The position numbers and the translations under genes were made by a program. From the NCBI GenBank assembly GCA_045603505.1, contig JAZUMI010000006.1, positions 1-61,925 on the forward strand: 61,925 nucleotides of DNA, given 5' to 3'. Positions 17,036 through 26,761 of this stretch are shown here, one piece after another; position 1 is the stretch's first letter, and each line of letters begins with the position of its first letter. The notes beneath the pieces were generated by a model. That model saw only the letters and a list, made by a program, of their open reading frames with translations. It made no database searches and was not told the origin of the DNA. Source of the DNA: Acutalibacteraceae bacterium. Its GTDB lineage: Bacteria > Bacillota > Clostridia > Oscillospirales > Acutalibacteraceae.

Positions 17036-18007
17036 TTATCTTTTTGAAAACTGTTGACAAAATTTCTTTATTTCATCGGCTTTTATTAACCCACTAGTTG
17101 CATCAGGTTTTGAAAGCGAAACCGCAGCACATTCTGTTGCAAATTCAAGAATTTCCTTATCGGACCATCTTTTATATATACCTATTAAGGCGCCTGAGCA
17201 AAAAGCATCTCCCGCTCCTGTAGTGCCCTTGATATACCCATCAGGAAGTAAAAGCGAATTAACACGCGTAAACACACCGTTCGACAAACAAACCGAAAAC
17301 TCAGGATTATGTATTATTACCTTTTTGCTTACGCCGAGTTCTACTAATTTTTCAGCAATTCTTTTTATGTTCTCTTGCGTTGGCTCAATATCGGTAAGTT
17401 TACCTGCTTCATATTCATTTATAATTAGATAATCTACATATCTAAGGCAAGGTAATACAAGGTTATATCTATCGGAATTCTCACTCACTAAATCAATTGA
17501 AGTTTCTATTCCCTCTTGTTTTAGCCTTTTTAAAATCGTGAGTCCTTCACCATTATCTATTTTTTCAAGAAGCATAAAATATCCTAAGTGAAATATTTTT
17601 GCATTTACTTCTTCAAAACAGATATCATTATATCCAAAGGTGGAACTTGCACCAGGATATGTAAAAAATGTGCGTTGTGAATTTATGATGCTCATTACCT
17701 GTGTAAAACTGGTGTTTTCATCATTTCCCACAACTATTCCATCTGTACAAACGCCGCCTTTACTTAACTCTTCTTTAACATAATTTCCGTTATCATCATT
17801 GCCTATTTTTCCAATAGCGGTAATGTCAATATCCGGAGAGATTTTTTTAAGCCCTAAAGCAACATTGCACACACAACCGCCAAGCGTGTTTTCAACATTA
17901 AGAATTTGTGTTAATTCACCGCATTGCGGATAGGCATTAATTTCGTTAATTTTATCAACGAGAATATTTCCCGCAACCGCAATTCCGCTTCTTTCTTTGT
18001 TGTTCAT
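17036..18007 (-). CDS. PfkB-family sugar kinase
   Basis: PfkB signature TTGAGDAFCSG near the C-terminus and a ribokinase-like N-terminus. Confidence 0.85.
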   Translation of the reverse strand: MNNKERSGIAVAGNILVDKINEINAYPQCGELTQILNVENTLGGCVCNVALGLKKISPDIDITAIGKIGNDDNGNYVKEELSKGGVCTDGIVVGNDENTSFTQVMSIINSQRTFFTYPGASSTFGYNDICFEEVNAKIFHLGYFMLLEKIDNGEGLTILKRLKQEGIETSIDLVSENSDRYNLVLPCLRYVDYLIINEYEAGKLTDIEPTQENIKRIAEKLVELGVSKKVIIHNPEFSVCLSNGVFTRVNSLLLPDGYIKGTTGAGDAFCSGALIGIYKRWSDKEILEFATECAAVSLSKPDATSGLIKADEIKKFCQQFSKR

Positions 18008-18008
18008 A

Positions 18009-18968
18009 TTAGTTGCACTCCGCTTCTAAGGGACCAGCAAGTTCATTCATAAAGAAAAGTTTACCGGGTAGTGTTGGGATATACGAAGAGGTTATCCAAG
18101 GTGTTTTTCCGTAGCGAAGTGTCATCCAAAGGGACATTCCCTGCCACTGCATACCTCTTCCCAAAATTCCATCTGCGCCGCCGATTGCATAATCTGCTTT
18201 TAAGAATATACCAGGGCCGATAGTGTTGGCTCTGCAAGGAACGAGTGTAGTTCTTGATTTAAAACTTGTGAGCGCATTTTGTTCAACTGTTAAAGGATGA
18301 ATTTTTGCAGCAATTCTATATTCTGCATTTTCCCACTCTTCAGCAGTTGCATAGTCTTTAGCAAAGGTTGGCTCCCAAAATGCAATATGGCACATTCTTC
18401 CTATACCATATACCAAAACTAACTTTGCGCCCTGTGATTTAAGGGTATTAATTTTTTCAGGATATGTAGGTAAATTTTCTTTGGTTGCAAAATTTCTTTG
18501 ATTCACAGGAACGGTTAACTCGCCAAGGGGTTCAAACAGTGCTTTTTCCATTGCATATTGGAATGCGCCTGCGTTATCGCTTGGCAATGTATTACCCTCT
18601 GAATCAGACCACTCATCCATATTAAATGTATAAACGTGCTCACAAGAAATATTCCATTCTTTAAGGAAATAAACTACCAATTTATACATACCCATAGGAC
18701 CAACAGGGAGAATAAATGCAATCTTCTCTCCCCTCTCCTTTGCAAGTTTTATCTGCAAAGCAATTTCATGGCCCATATATGTTTCAAACTCAGAAAGAAT
18801 TTCGCACTTAACAGGGGTGAACTCTTTGTTCCAATGCGCCTGTCTTTCGGTAATTTTTTCGGGCAAATCGATACATTTATCTATCTTATCAAAATCCCAT
18901 CCCTCAGGATAAAATCCCTCTAATTCTGAGCCCTTAACTGTTGAATTGAAATTCATAATCTTTACCAC
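18009..18968 (-). CDS. Glucosamine-6-phosphate deaminase/isomerase (NagB)-like protein with an N-terminal extension
   Basis: [12 protein letters not shown] and FNMDEW resemble the NagB motifs (LPTGxTP..YK, FN.DEY). It is ~60 aa longer than canonical NagB. Confidence 0.6.
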   Translation of the reverse strand: MVKIMNFNSTVKGSELEGFYPEGWDFDKIDKCIDLPEKITERQAHWNKEFTPVKCEILSEFETYMGHEIALQIKLAKERGEKIAFILPVGPMGMYKLVVYFLKEWNISCEHVYTFNMDEWSDSEGNTLPSDNAGAFQYAMEKALFEPLGELTVPVNQRNFATKENLPTYPEKINTLKSQGAKLVLVYGIGRMCHIAFWEPTFAKDYATAEEWENAEYRIAAKIHPLTVEQNALTSFKSRTTLVPCRANTIGPGIFLKADYAIGGADGILGRGMQWQGMSLWMTLRYGKTPWITSSYIPTLPGKLFFMNELAGPLEAECN

Positions 18969-18987
18969 CTTTTTTAAATTTAATTAT

Positions 18988-19695
18988 TTAAGGTAAATAC
19001 CTTTTAGTTGTTCCTTTTAAGTAAACCTGACACTGTTTGAATGCTTCAGCATACTCTGCAGAGCATTGAAAACCTCTGTATTTGCAACACACTCTCACCA
19101 TATCAGGAAAATCAATTTTATCATGATCCCTCATCCAAACAATCTGAGATTCATGGCAATTTAGCATTTCGAGCTTTTTATCAATATAATCTGTAACATC
19201 AACATACTCTGTAGGATTAAAGTTAACACCGCAAAGTGTATCCATATAGTATATTGGTGTTAAACGAGCCTTGCCTTCTACACCCACATCATAATGTGGA
19301 AGTGTAGCAGTAAAACATGCATCAAAAACAAGTTTTGATGTTGCTACATGGTCAGGCATATAATCGTTCGGGTCGTGAGTTATGATAAAATCAGGATTAA
19401 CCTCTTTGATTACACGGACAACCTTATCTCTTGATTCTTTATTATTATCATAAATTTCAAGGTCATCAAAACCGCCCCATATAACCTCAAATCCTGCAAG
19501 TGCTCCGCTTTTTTGAGCCTCCTTAGCCCTGATTTGAGTTAATTCATCCGGCATTATTACTTCGTGCCCTTGATTACCGCTGGAAAGATGGCACACCACC
19601 ACTCTATCGCCTCTCTCTTTGCACTTTAACAAAGTACCTGCACAGGCGATTTCCATATCATCAGGATGACACGATATAGCCAAAACCGTATACAT
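18988..19695 (-). CDS. PIG-L/LmbE-family N-acetyl-sugar deacetylase
   Basis: AISCHPDDMEIACAG (the AHPDD.E motif) and a downstream HDPNDYMPDH metal-site motif. Confidence 0.8.
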   Translation of the reverse strand: MYTVLAISCHPDDMEIACAGTLLKCKERGDRVVVCHLSSGNQGHEVIMPDELTQIRAKEAQKSGALAGFEVIWGGFDDLEIYDNNKESRDKVVRVIKEVNPDFIITHDPNDYMPDHVATSKLVFDACFTATLPHYDVGVEGKARLTPIYYMDTLCGVNFNPTEYVDVTDYIDKKLEMLNCHESQIVWMRDHDKIDFPDMVRVCCKYRGFQCSAEYAEAFKQCQVYLKGTTKRYLP

Positions 19696-19808
19696 AAGTA
19701 TCCTCTCCTTATATGATAATCTTTTTAAAATATTATAGCATTTTATTGTTTACAAATGAATATAAAATCGGTTATAATATTTATAAAATCAGATAACGAG
19801 GTTTTACC

Positions 19809-20696
19809 ATGAAGGACAATTTTACACGCATTAGTTTTGATAGTTTATTCACAGTAGATAAACTCGTAACCATTTTCTATATGGAATTATCCAAAAATTT
19901 TCATTACGAGGGTGAGCGTCACGATTTCTGGGAAATGGTTTATATTGATAAAGGCGAAATGATTTGTACCGCAGATGAAAAACGGTTTATTTTAAAGAGC
20001 GGTGAAATGACTCTACATAAACCAAACGAATTTCATAATCTTTCAGGTAACAGTAGTGATGCGCCTAATGTAAGTATAATTACATTTGAGTGCAACAGCC
20101 AAGCTATGAAACACCTTGAGGGTAAAATTTTCAGATTAAATTCACAGGAAAAAAGTTTGCTTTCTGCATTGTTCGAAGAAGGTTTATCCTGTTATAAACT
20201 TGAAGATGAGAAAAATCCACTTATTCAGAAATTAAATGAAATTCCGGGTGCGCCTGTCGGAAGCAGTCAGATGACAAAAAACTTGTTGGAAATTTTTCTT
20301 ATTCAGTTGTATAGAAACACAAATACCGTTACAAAAGAAATGCGAGAAAGTTTTTTAATTGATGGTATTGATGTTCCTTACGACACTAAAGAGATACTTG
20401 AATATCTCAAATCACATATATATGATAAAATTAAAATAAGTGATATTTCACAACACCTCAACAAAAGTGACAGTTCGATTAAAAAAATCTTTTCAAAATA
20501 CTATAGCGGTGGAATTATACAGTACTATAACAGTTTAAAAATCAAAGAAGCGCGTAAACTTATTCGCGAGGATAACTACAATATGACACAAATTTCAAAT
20601 ATGCTACAGTTTGATAATCCCCATTACTTTTCTAAATGCTTTAAAAATATTATGAAAATGTCTCCAAGTGAATACAAACACTCAATAATGAAATAA
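19809..20696 (+). CDS. AraC-family transcriptional regulator (cupin sensor plus HTH)
   Basis: N-terminal cupin-like domain and C-terminal AraC HTH (ISQHLNKSDSSIKKIFSKYY ... HYFSKCFKNIMKMSPSEYK). Divergent from the sugar cluster. Confidence 0.85.
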   Translation: MKDNFTRISFDSLFTVDKLVTIFYMELSKNFHYEGERHDFWEMVYIDKGEMICTADEKRFILKSGEMTLHKPNEFHNLSGNSSDAPNVSIITFECNSQAMKHLEGKIFRLNSQEKSLLSALFEEGLSCYKLEDEKNPLIQKLNEIPGAPVGSSQMTKNLLEIFLIQLYRNTNTVTKEMRESFLIDGIDVPYDTKEILEYLKSHIYDKIKISDISQHLNKSDSSIKKIFSKYYSGGIIQYYNSLKIKEARKLIREDNYNMTQISNMLQFDNPHYFSKCFKNIMKMSPSEYKHSIMK

Positions 20697-20705
20697 ATAT
20701 CAAAA

Positions 20706-20741
20706 ACAAGGTTTATACATAAATTTCTGTATAAACCTTGT
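20706..20741. terminator. Bidirectional terminator between convergent AraC and ABC exporter genes
   Basis: 13-bp stem ACAAGGTTTATAC/GTATAAACCTTGT with flanking A and T runs. Confidence 0.75.
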
Positions 20742-20748
20742 TCCTTTT

Positions 20749-22464
20749 TTATTCTTCTTTAAACTGTTGCTTGTAAAGTTTTGCATAAGCGCCATCTATT
20801 TTTAGCAATTCCTCATGAACACCCTGTTCAATGATTTTGCCATCCGAAACAACAGCTATAACATCGGCATTTTTTATAGTTGAAAGCCTGTGCGCTACAA
20901 CTATCGTTGTTCTTCCCACGCTCAATTCATCTAACTGTTTTTGAATCGCAATCTCGGTTGCATTATCAAGCGAACTCGTTGCCTCATCCAGAATAAGTAT
21001 AGGTGGGTTTTTTAGAAAAACTCTCGCTATACAAAGACGTTGTTTTTGGCCACCCGAAAGTTTAACTCCGCGTTCACCAATAACTGTATCATAGCCATTT
21101 TCAAGACTCATAACAAACTCGTGAATATTAGCTTTTTTTGCGGCATCGACAATTTCTTGCTCAGTAGCATCCAATCTACCATAACGTATATTATCCCTAA
21201 TGCTCGAATTAAAGAGATACACATCCTGTTGAACTATACCGATATTTTGACGAAGTGACTCCATAGTAATATCATGAATTTCAACCCCATCAATAAATAT
21301 TTCGCCCGATTCAACATTATAAAAATGCGGTAGCAAATGGCATATAGTAGTTTTTCCGCCACCGCTTGGCCCTACAAAAGCAAATGTTTTGCCCTTTTCT
21401 ATTTTGACACTTATACCCTTTAAAACATCTCTTCCCTTTTCATATCCGTAACTCACATTTTTAAACTCAATTTCTCCTGACATGCGAGCAACACTAATGG
21501 CATTCTCCCTATCAAGTTCAGGCTCTTTATCAAGAATTTCTATAAATCTTTCAAAACCTGTAATACCGTTTTGGAACTGCTCCATAAAACGAATAAGCGT
21601 GTTAATTGGAGAAAGGAAAAGATTTATTGAAACAATAAACGCCGAGTAATCCGCAAAGGTTATTTTACCGTTATAAAGGAAAAGACCGCCTGCAATAAGC
21701 ACAACAACATTGAAAATATCGGTTATAAAAGTAGTTGAAGAATGGAACTGACCCATAGACTTATAGGCATCACTTCTTGCATTCTTAAACTGTTCGTTGC
21801 CCTCTTCAAATTTCTCAGATTCTTTTTTTGAATTATTAAATGCCTTTGTTACCCTAATTCCCGAAATACTGCTTTCGAGAGCTGCATTAATTACCGCTAT
21901 AGATTTTCTGCTTTCCTTAAAAGCCGAACGCATTCGGTTTCGTGTAATAAGAGATACCGCAACAAGTAACGGAACACAGGCAAAAATTATAAGGGTTAAC
22001 CAAATATCGATAGTTGAAAGATAGGCAAAGGAAACTATAACCGATATGCCCGAAATTATAATGTTTTCGGGACCATGATGGGCAAGTTCACTAACATCCA
22101 TAAGGTCATTAGTCATAACCGACATAAGTTTTCCTGTTTCATTGTTATCATAAAAACTAAAGGGTAGTTGTTGCAAACGGGTAAACAAATCACTGCGCAT
22201 TTGCGCCTGCATTCTAACGCCCATCATATGACCTTTATATTGCACAAAATAACTAAGACACATTCTTACAAAATAAAGGACTAACAGTCCTAAGCCAAAA
22301 ATTACAATTTGCCTATACTTAGCGTTAGGAATTAAATCGTTTAGCATCCGCCTTGTTATCATAGGATAAACAACACCGATAAGGGCGACAAAGAGAGATG
22401 CCACCATATCAAGTGTAAAAAGCAATTTGTGCGGTTTATAATACTTTAAAAATCTCTTTAGCAT
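20749..22464 (-). CDS. ABC exporter, fused permease-ATPase half-transporter (MsbA/ABCB-like)
   Basis: Six N-terminal TM segments; Walker A GPSGGGKTT, signature LSGGQKQRLCIAR, Walker B ILILDEATS. Confidence 0.9.
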   Translation of the reverse strand: MLKRFLKYYKPHKLLFTLDMVASLFVALIGVVYPMITRRMLNDLIPNAKYRQIVIFGLGLLVLYFVRMCLSYFVQYKGHMMGVRMQAQMRSDLFTRLQQLPFSFYDNNETGKLMSVMTNDLMDVSELAHHGPENIIISGISVIVSFAYLSTIDIWLTLIIFACVPLLVAVSLITRNRMRSAFKESRKSIAVINAALESSISGIRVTKAFNNSKKESEKFEEGNEQFKNARSDAYKSMGQFHSSTTFITDIFNVVVLIAGGLFLYNGKITFADYSAFIVSINLFLSPINTLIRFMEQFQNGITGFERFIEILDKEPELDRENAISVARMSGEIEFKNVSYGYEKGRDVLKGISVKIEKGKTFAFVGPSGGGKTTICHLLPHFYNVESGEIFIDGVEIHDITMESLRQNIGIVQQDVYLFNSSIRDNIRYGRLDATEQEIVDAAKKANIHEFVMSLENGYDTVIGERGVKLSGGQKQRLCIARVFLKNPPILILDEATSSLDNATEIAIQKQLDELSVGRTTIVVAHRLSTIKNADVIAVVSDGKIIEQGVHEELLKIDGAYAKLYKQQFKEE

Positions 22465-22536
22465 AATTTATAACCCTACCTTTTCTTCTCCCAAAAATTT
22501 TAACATATTACTTATACTTTTTCAATATATACAAAG

Positions 22537-22568
22537 CAAAAAAACTTCCTCAGAAGAGGAAGTTTTTT
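22537..22568 (-). terminator. Rho-independent terminator after spoVM
   Basis: 9-bp stem AACTTCCTC/GAGGAAGTT with a 4-nt loop and a T-run on the minus strand. It overlaps the spoVM stop codon. Confidence 0.8.
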
Positions 22569-22650
22569 ATGTATTATCCTTTTTTATACCAAAAATCATT
22601 CTTAAAATTCCGCTTAAAAATTTGGGGCTCTTAACAAGTACAACCTTCAT
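22567..22650 (-). CDS. spoVM: Stage V sporulation protein M (27-aa amphipathic peptide), not in the supplied ORF track
   Basis: Translation MKVVLVKSPKFLSGILRMIFGIKKDNT* aligns along its whole length with B. subtilis SpoVM as I recall it (MKFYTIKLPKFLGGIVRAMLGSFRKD). GGAGAG lies 7 nt upstream. It sits next to the rsgA-prkC block, as in B. subtilis. Confidence 0.8.
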   Translation of the reverse strand: MKVVLVKSPKFLSGILRMIFGIKKDNT

Positions 22651-22666
22651 AAATTTTCTCTCCGTT

Positions 22667-22816
22667 CTAACATTTTGGATAACAAAGTCCGAGTATTATA
22701 ACCCAGATTGCCAAAACCGCTATGAGCAATCTTGGAGGGCAAAAACAACTGCACACAAGACCTACTGCAAACATTATTGCACATATTCCTATGCCAACCT
22801 TCTGCTTTCTTCTCAC
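22667..22816 (-). CDS. Hypothetical 49-aa Cys-rich small membrane protein, probably co-transcribed with spoVM
   Basis: GTG start with GGAGG 8 nt upstream. Translation VRRKQKVGIGICAIMFAVGLVCSCFCPPRLLIAVLAIWVIILGLCYPKC*. The stop is 16 nt before the spoVM start. No recognisable family. Confidence 0.4.
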   Translation of the reverse strand: MRRKQKVGIGICAIMFAVGLVCSCFCPPRLLIAVLAIWVIILGLCYPKC

Positions 22817-22889
22817 CAAAATCGCCTCCATATACAGCCTTGATAGGTTTTAAACCTACATTACAGTATATCGGAGAAATTAAAAATTG

Positions 22890-23777
22890 TTACTTTTTTT
22901 GTTTTTTAACAGCCTCCCAAGGCTTTAATTCCTTTAATTCCTCGAAAATTTCTTTATAAGAGTTATGGCGCGAGGCACTTATAATACCTTCTTTTACAGC
23001 CTCTATAACCGCACAACCCTTTTCTGAAACATGATTACATCCCGTGAAAAGACATTCATCAAGATTCTCAAATTCAGGGAAACACTCGGCTAAATGCTCC
23101 TTAAAATCGAAATTATCCATATCAAAACCGATACTCGAAAAACCGGGAGTATCGGCAACAAAACCGCCCTCAACCTTAAAAAGTTCAGTGTGACGGGTAG
23201 TGTGCCTACCACGACCCAACTTTTCACTTACTTCGCCGGTTTGAAGTCTTAATTCAGGAATAAGGCGATTTAATATGCTTGATTTGCCCACACCCGAATT
23301 GCCTGTAAAAGCGCTCACACAACCCACGAGTTCTTTTCTTATGGAGTCTATCCCCTCGCCTGTTTGTGCAGATACAATATAGGTTTTAAAACCTGCTTTT
23401 TTATAAATATCTGCCCAATCATCAAAGGGACCGATATCACACTTATTAAAAACTATAATGGGTTCGATATTATTATAGATTGAAATCGCCGTTAATCTAT
23501 CAATAATCATAGCATTCGGCGCAGGTGTTTCGAAAGAAGATATTATAAAAAGTTTATCAATGTTTGAGACAGTAGGACGGTTAAGCTTATTCTTTCTATC
23601 AAGAATTTTATCAAGACTTCCAATACCATCGCCCAGAATTCCTATCTCGGCTCTATCTCCAACACATGGGGTAATTCCGTTTTTTCTAAAACTACCCCTT
23701 GCTCTGCACTCATACACTTTATCTTCACACAAAACATAGTAAAAACCTGACAAGGCTTTTATTATAATTCCATTCAT
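22890..23777 (-). CDS. rsgA: Ribosome small-subunit-dependent GTPase A
   Basis: G1 motif GNSGVGKSS and C-terminal zinc cluster CLFTGCNHVSEKGCAV. Confidence 0.9.
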   Translation of the reverse strand: MNGIIIKALSGFYYVLCEDKVYECRARGSFRKNGITPCVGDRAEIGILGDGIGSLDKILDRKNKLNRPTVSNIDKLFIISSFETPAPNAMIIDRLTAISIYNNIEPIIVFNKCDIGPFDDWADIYKKAGFKTYIVSAQTGEGIDSIRKELVGCVSAFTGNSGVGKSSILNRLIPELRLQTGEVSEKLGRGRHTTRHTELFKVEGGFVADTPGFSSIGFDMDNFDFKEHLAECFPEFENLDECLFTGCNHVSEKGCAVIEAVKEGIISASRHNSYKEIFEELKELKPWEAVKKQKK

Positions 23778-23795
23778 CTAAAACCACCGATTATA

Positions 23796-26012
23796 TCAAT
23801 TAATCTGTTCGCCGACAAGACCGTTATTTAAAGGTTTCTGTGTATTACCATTAACATCTTCACCTATTTGTTCCGAATTGGTTCCGGAAATTGTGTTGTT
23901 TGATTGAGTATCATCAGATGAGGTTGTTCCTTGTAGATTTGATTCTGTGTCCGAATTTGTGTTGGACTGGTTTGAATTGTTGGAAGAACCTGTATTTGCA
24001 GGTAGCGAACCAGAAACCGAAGAACTATTTTCTTCCTGTTTTTTAGAGTAATTATCAAAGGTTGTGATAACGCTTACTGTACCTGTTTTGCAATCAACCT
24101 TAATCTTAATATAATCTTCATAGTTCTTATCATTTACACTAAACTTAACGGTATAAATTTCTGTGCGGTTGCTTTCAGTAATAGAACTTGATTTAACGCC
24201 TGAGAATGTAAAATCTCCTTGGTCATTAATATTTATTTTACTACTTTCCGCAACGAGCACAGCATCCTCCCATAATGAAACCTTACCCGCATCATAGAGG
24301 TAGTCATCAGGTAACGATACCGTTACATCATAAACATATTCGCCTGTGCTAACGTAAATAATAACCTCTGTACCCTCGGGAACCTCTGCAGCACCGCCAA
24401 CAGGCTCTTGTGACATAACGTAACCTTCCGGATAATATGAATCATTTACCTTCATATCCTGTTTCTTCTCGGTTACAATAAGTCCCGCAGTTTCAAGTTC
24501 CTTTCGTGCATCGGCACTCTTACGGCTGACAACAGACGGAATCTTAACATTCTTAATTGGTTTTCCTGTACTGATATATACAGTAATTTTTGCACCCTCT
24601 TCAACAACCGTTGTTCTTGCAGGGTCTGTTTTTACAACCAGGCCAATCTCTACATCCTCACTTGCAATTTCTTCAACGCTAACCTTAAAGCCATTTGATT
24701 TGAGTTCGGAAACTGCGGAAGATTCGCTCTTTGAATATACATCGGGAACTTTTTTAGTTGCTTGACCCATACTGATATAAAGGGTTATTTTAGCACCCTT
24801 TTTCATCTTCGTACCCTTGGTATGAGATTGTTCAAAGATATAACCATTTTCATATTCTGAATTATTATCCCATTCAATAACAAAATCAAAAAGCTCGTTA
24901 TATTCCTCATTTTCCTGAAGTTCATCATAGGTCATACCCACAAAATCAGGACAATCTATCTCACTTCCTGTTTCGGAGAAAAGTTTAGGAATAAATATTA
25001 TGCCAAGTACTACAATAGCGATAACGAGTGTAACAGCAATACCTGAAAGAATAGGAATAATTGTGTTTTTCTCTTTTTCTTCCTTGTAAACCGTTTTAAC
25101 CTCTTTTCCGTTTGCGGTAGCAGCACCCGAAACAAACTTTGTAGGAGAATTATCTATAAAATAAGAATATGCGAATGTGATAGCAGGGTCTTTACGGAAT
25201 TTATCGAGGTCACATAACATTTCTGCGGCAGACTGATAACGTTTTTCAACGTTTTTCTGCATAGCATGCATAGTAATCTGCTCAAGGCCCAGAGGCACTG
25301 AACCGTTAATTTCTGTTGGTAATTTAGGCTCTCTCTGAAGTTGCATAATAGCAACCGAAACAGCGCTATCTGCTTCAAAAGGCAAGGAACCTGTAATCAT
25401 TTCATAAAGCATAACACCAACCGAATAAATATCAGCTTTTTCATCGGTCTTTTCGCCTCTTGCCTGTTCAGGACTTATATAATGAACTGAACCGATAGCC
25501 TTATCGGTCATAGTACGGTGCTCACTTCTTGCAAAACGAGCAATGCCGAAATCGGTTACCTTGATTGTGCCATCAGGTAAAACCATTATATTCTGCGGCT
25601 TAACATCTCTATGAACGATACCTTTATCGTGTGCGTGTTGTAATGCCTTTAAGATTTGAAGTGTAAAGTGAACGGAATCTTTCCAAGAAAGACTTCCTTG
25701 ACGCTCAATAAATTCTTTAAGTGTAATACCATCAATATATTCCATAACGATATATTGAATAAGGTCTCCAAAACTAACATCATAAACCTTAACGATATTT
25801 TGATGCGAAAGCATAGCGATTGCCTTGGATTCATTCTTAAATCTGCGAACAAATTCTTCATTAGAAACGAATTCTTCCTTTAAGATTTTTATTGCAACCG
25901 TTCTGTTTTCCTGATTATCGTATGCCTTATAAACAACGGCCATACCGCCAACACCGATAATTTCTCTTATTTCATAACGTCCGTCTAATCTTTTTCCAAC
26001 AAATTTATCCAT
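23796..26012 (-). CDS. prkC: PASTA-domain Ser/Thr protein kinase
   Basis: HRDVKPQNIM and DFGIAR catalytic motifs, one TM segment, three PASTA-like repeats, then an extra ~100-aa domain and a Ser/Asn/Thr-rich tail. Confidence 0.9.
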   Translation of the reverse strand: MDKFVGKRLDGRYEIREIIGVGGMAVVYKAYDNQENRTVAIKILKEEFVSNEEFVRRFKNESKAIAMLSHQNIVKVYDVSFGDLIQYIVMEYIDGITLKEFIERQGSLSWKDSVHFTLQILKALQHAHDKGIVHRDVKPQNIMVLPDGTIKVTDFGIARFARSEHRTMTDKAIGSVHYISPEQARGEKTDEKADIYSVGVMLYEMITGSLPFEADSAVSVAIMQLQREPKLPTEINGSVPLGLEQITMHAMQKNVEKRYQSAAEMLCDLDKFRKDPAITFAYSYFIDNSPTKFVSGAATANGKEVKTVYKEEKEKNTIIPILSGIAVTLVIAIVVLGIIFIPKLFSETGSEIDCPDFVGMTYDELQENEEYNELFDFVIEWDNNSEYENGYIFEQSHTKGTKMKKGAKITLYISMGQATKKVPDVYSKSESSAVSELKSNGFKVSVEEIASEDVEIGLVVKTDPARTTVVEEGAKITVYISTGKPIKNVKIPSVVSRKSADARKELETAGLIVTEKKQDMKVNDSYYPEGYVMSQEPVGGAAEVPEGTEVIIYVSTGEYVYDVTVSLPDDYLYDAGKVSLWEDAVLVAESSKININDQGDFTFSGVKSSSITESNRTEIYTVKFSVNDKNYEDYIKIKVDCKTGTVSVITTFDNYSKKQEENSSSVSGSLPANTGSSNNSNQSNTNSDTESNLQGTTSSDDTQSNNTISGTNSEQIGEDVNGNTQKPLNNGLVGEQIN

Positions 26013-26035
26013 AACTATACCTATCCTTTCTCATC

Positions 26036-26761
26036 TCAAACCGTTACGGTAACAACAGTAATATTGTCACCGCCACCATTAGAGTTAGCCTCTTCAATTA
26101 ACTTCTCGCAAATAAAAGCACCATCAAAATCATCAAAGATTTTCTTAATTTCACAAGTATCAACAAAGTTTGTTAAACCATCACTGCAAAGCAGCAACGA
26201 ATCGCCCTTTGAAAATGAAACCGTAAAGGTATCAGGCAATATATTTTCCTCCGCACCGATTGCGCGTGTAATAACATTCTTCCTCGGATGAAATTTTGCC
26301 TCTTCAGGTTTTATTTTGCCTGTTTCTATAAGAGATTGTACGACAGAATGGTCTTTTGTAAGTTGTAAGATATCATCGTTTATTTTATAGCATCGACTGT
26401 CTCCCACATGAGATATAACCGCCATATCTTCACGCACTATAGAAACAACCGCCGTTGTTCCCATTCCAAGTAAGTTTTTATCCTTTAGAGCCATATCATA
26501 TATTTGGATATTTGCAGAAACGATTGAGTTTTTGAGCATCTTTTCAATTGCTACATCATCCATATTAGTTCTGTAAGAATTAATAACATAATCACGTATA
26601 CTCTTAATAGCCGTTTCACTTGCAAGATTACCTGCATTTGCGCCGCCCATACCATCGCAAACCATTGCAAAAACAGAACCATCAGGTAACTCACAGCAGA
26701 AAAAAGCATCTTGATTAGTTTCTCTTACCTTTCCTGTATCTGTTTTACTGTATATCAGCAC
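26036..26761 (-). CDS. stp: PP2C-family Ser/Thr phosphatase (Stp/PrpC)
   Basis: MVCDGMGGANAG motif. I chose the GTG start at 26761 (AGGAGG 9 nt upstream), giving MLIYSKTDTGKVR. It overlaps the rlmN 3' end by 17 nt. Confidence 0.85.
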   Translation of the reverse strand: MLIYSKTDTGKVRETNQDAFFCCELPDGSVFAMVCDGMGGANAGNLASETAIKSIRDYVINSYRTNMDDVAIEKMLKNSIVSANIQIYDMALKDKNLLGMGTTAVVSIVREDMAVISHVGDSRCYKINDDILQLTKDHSVVQSLIETGKIKPEEAKFHPRKNVITRAIGAEENILPDTFTVSFSKGDSLLLCSDGLTNFVDTCEIKKIFDDFDGAFICEKLIEEANSNGGGDNITVVTVTV

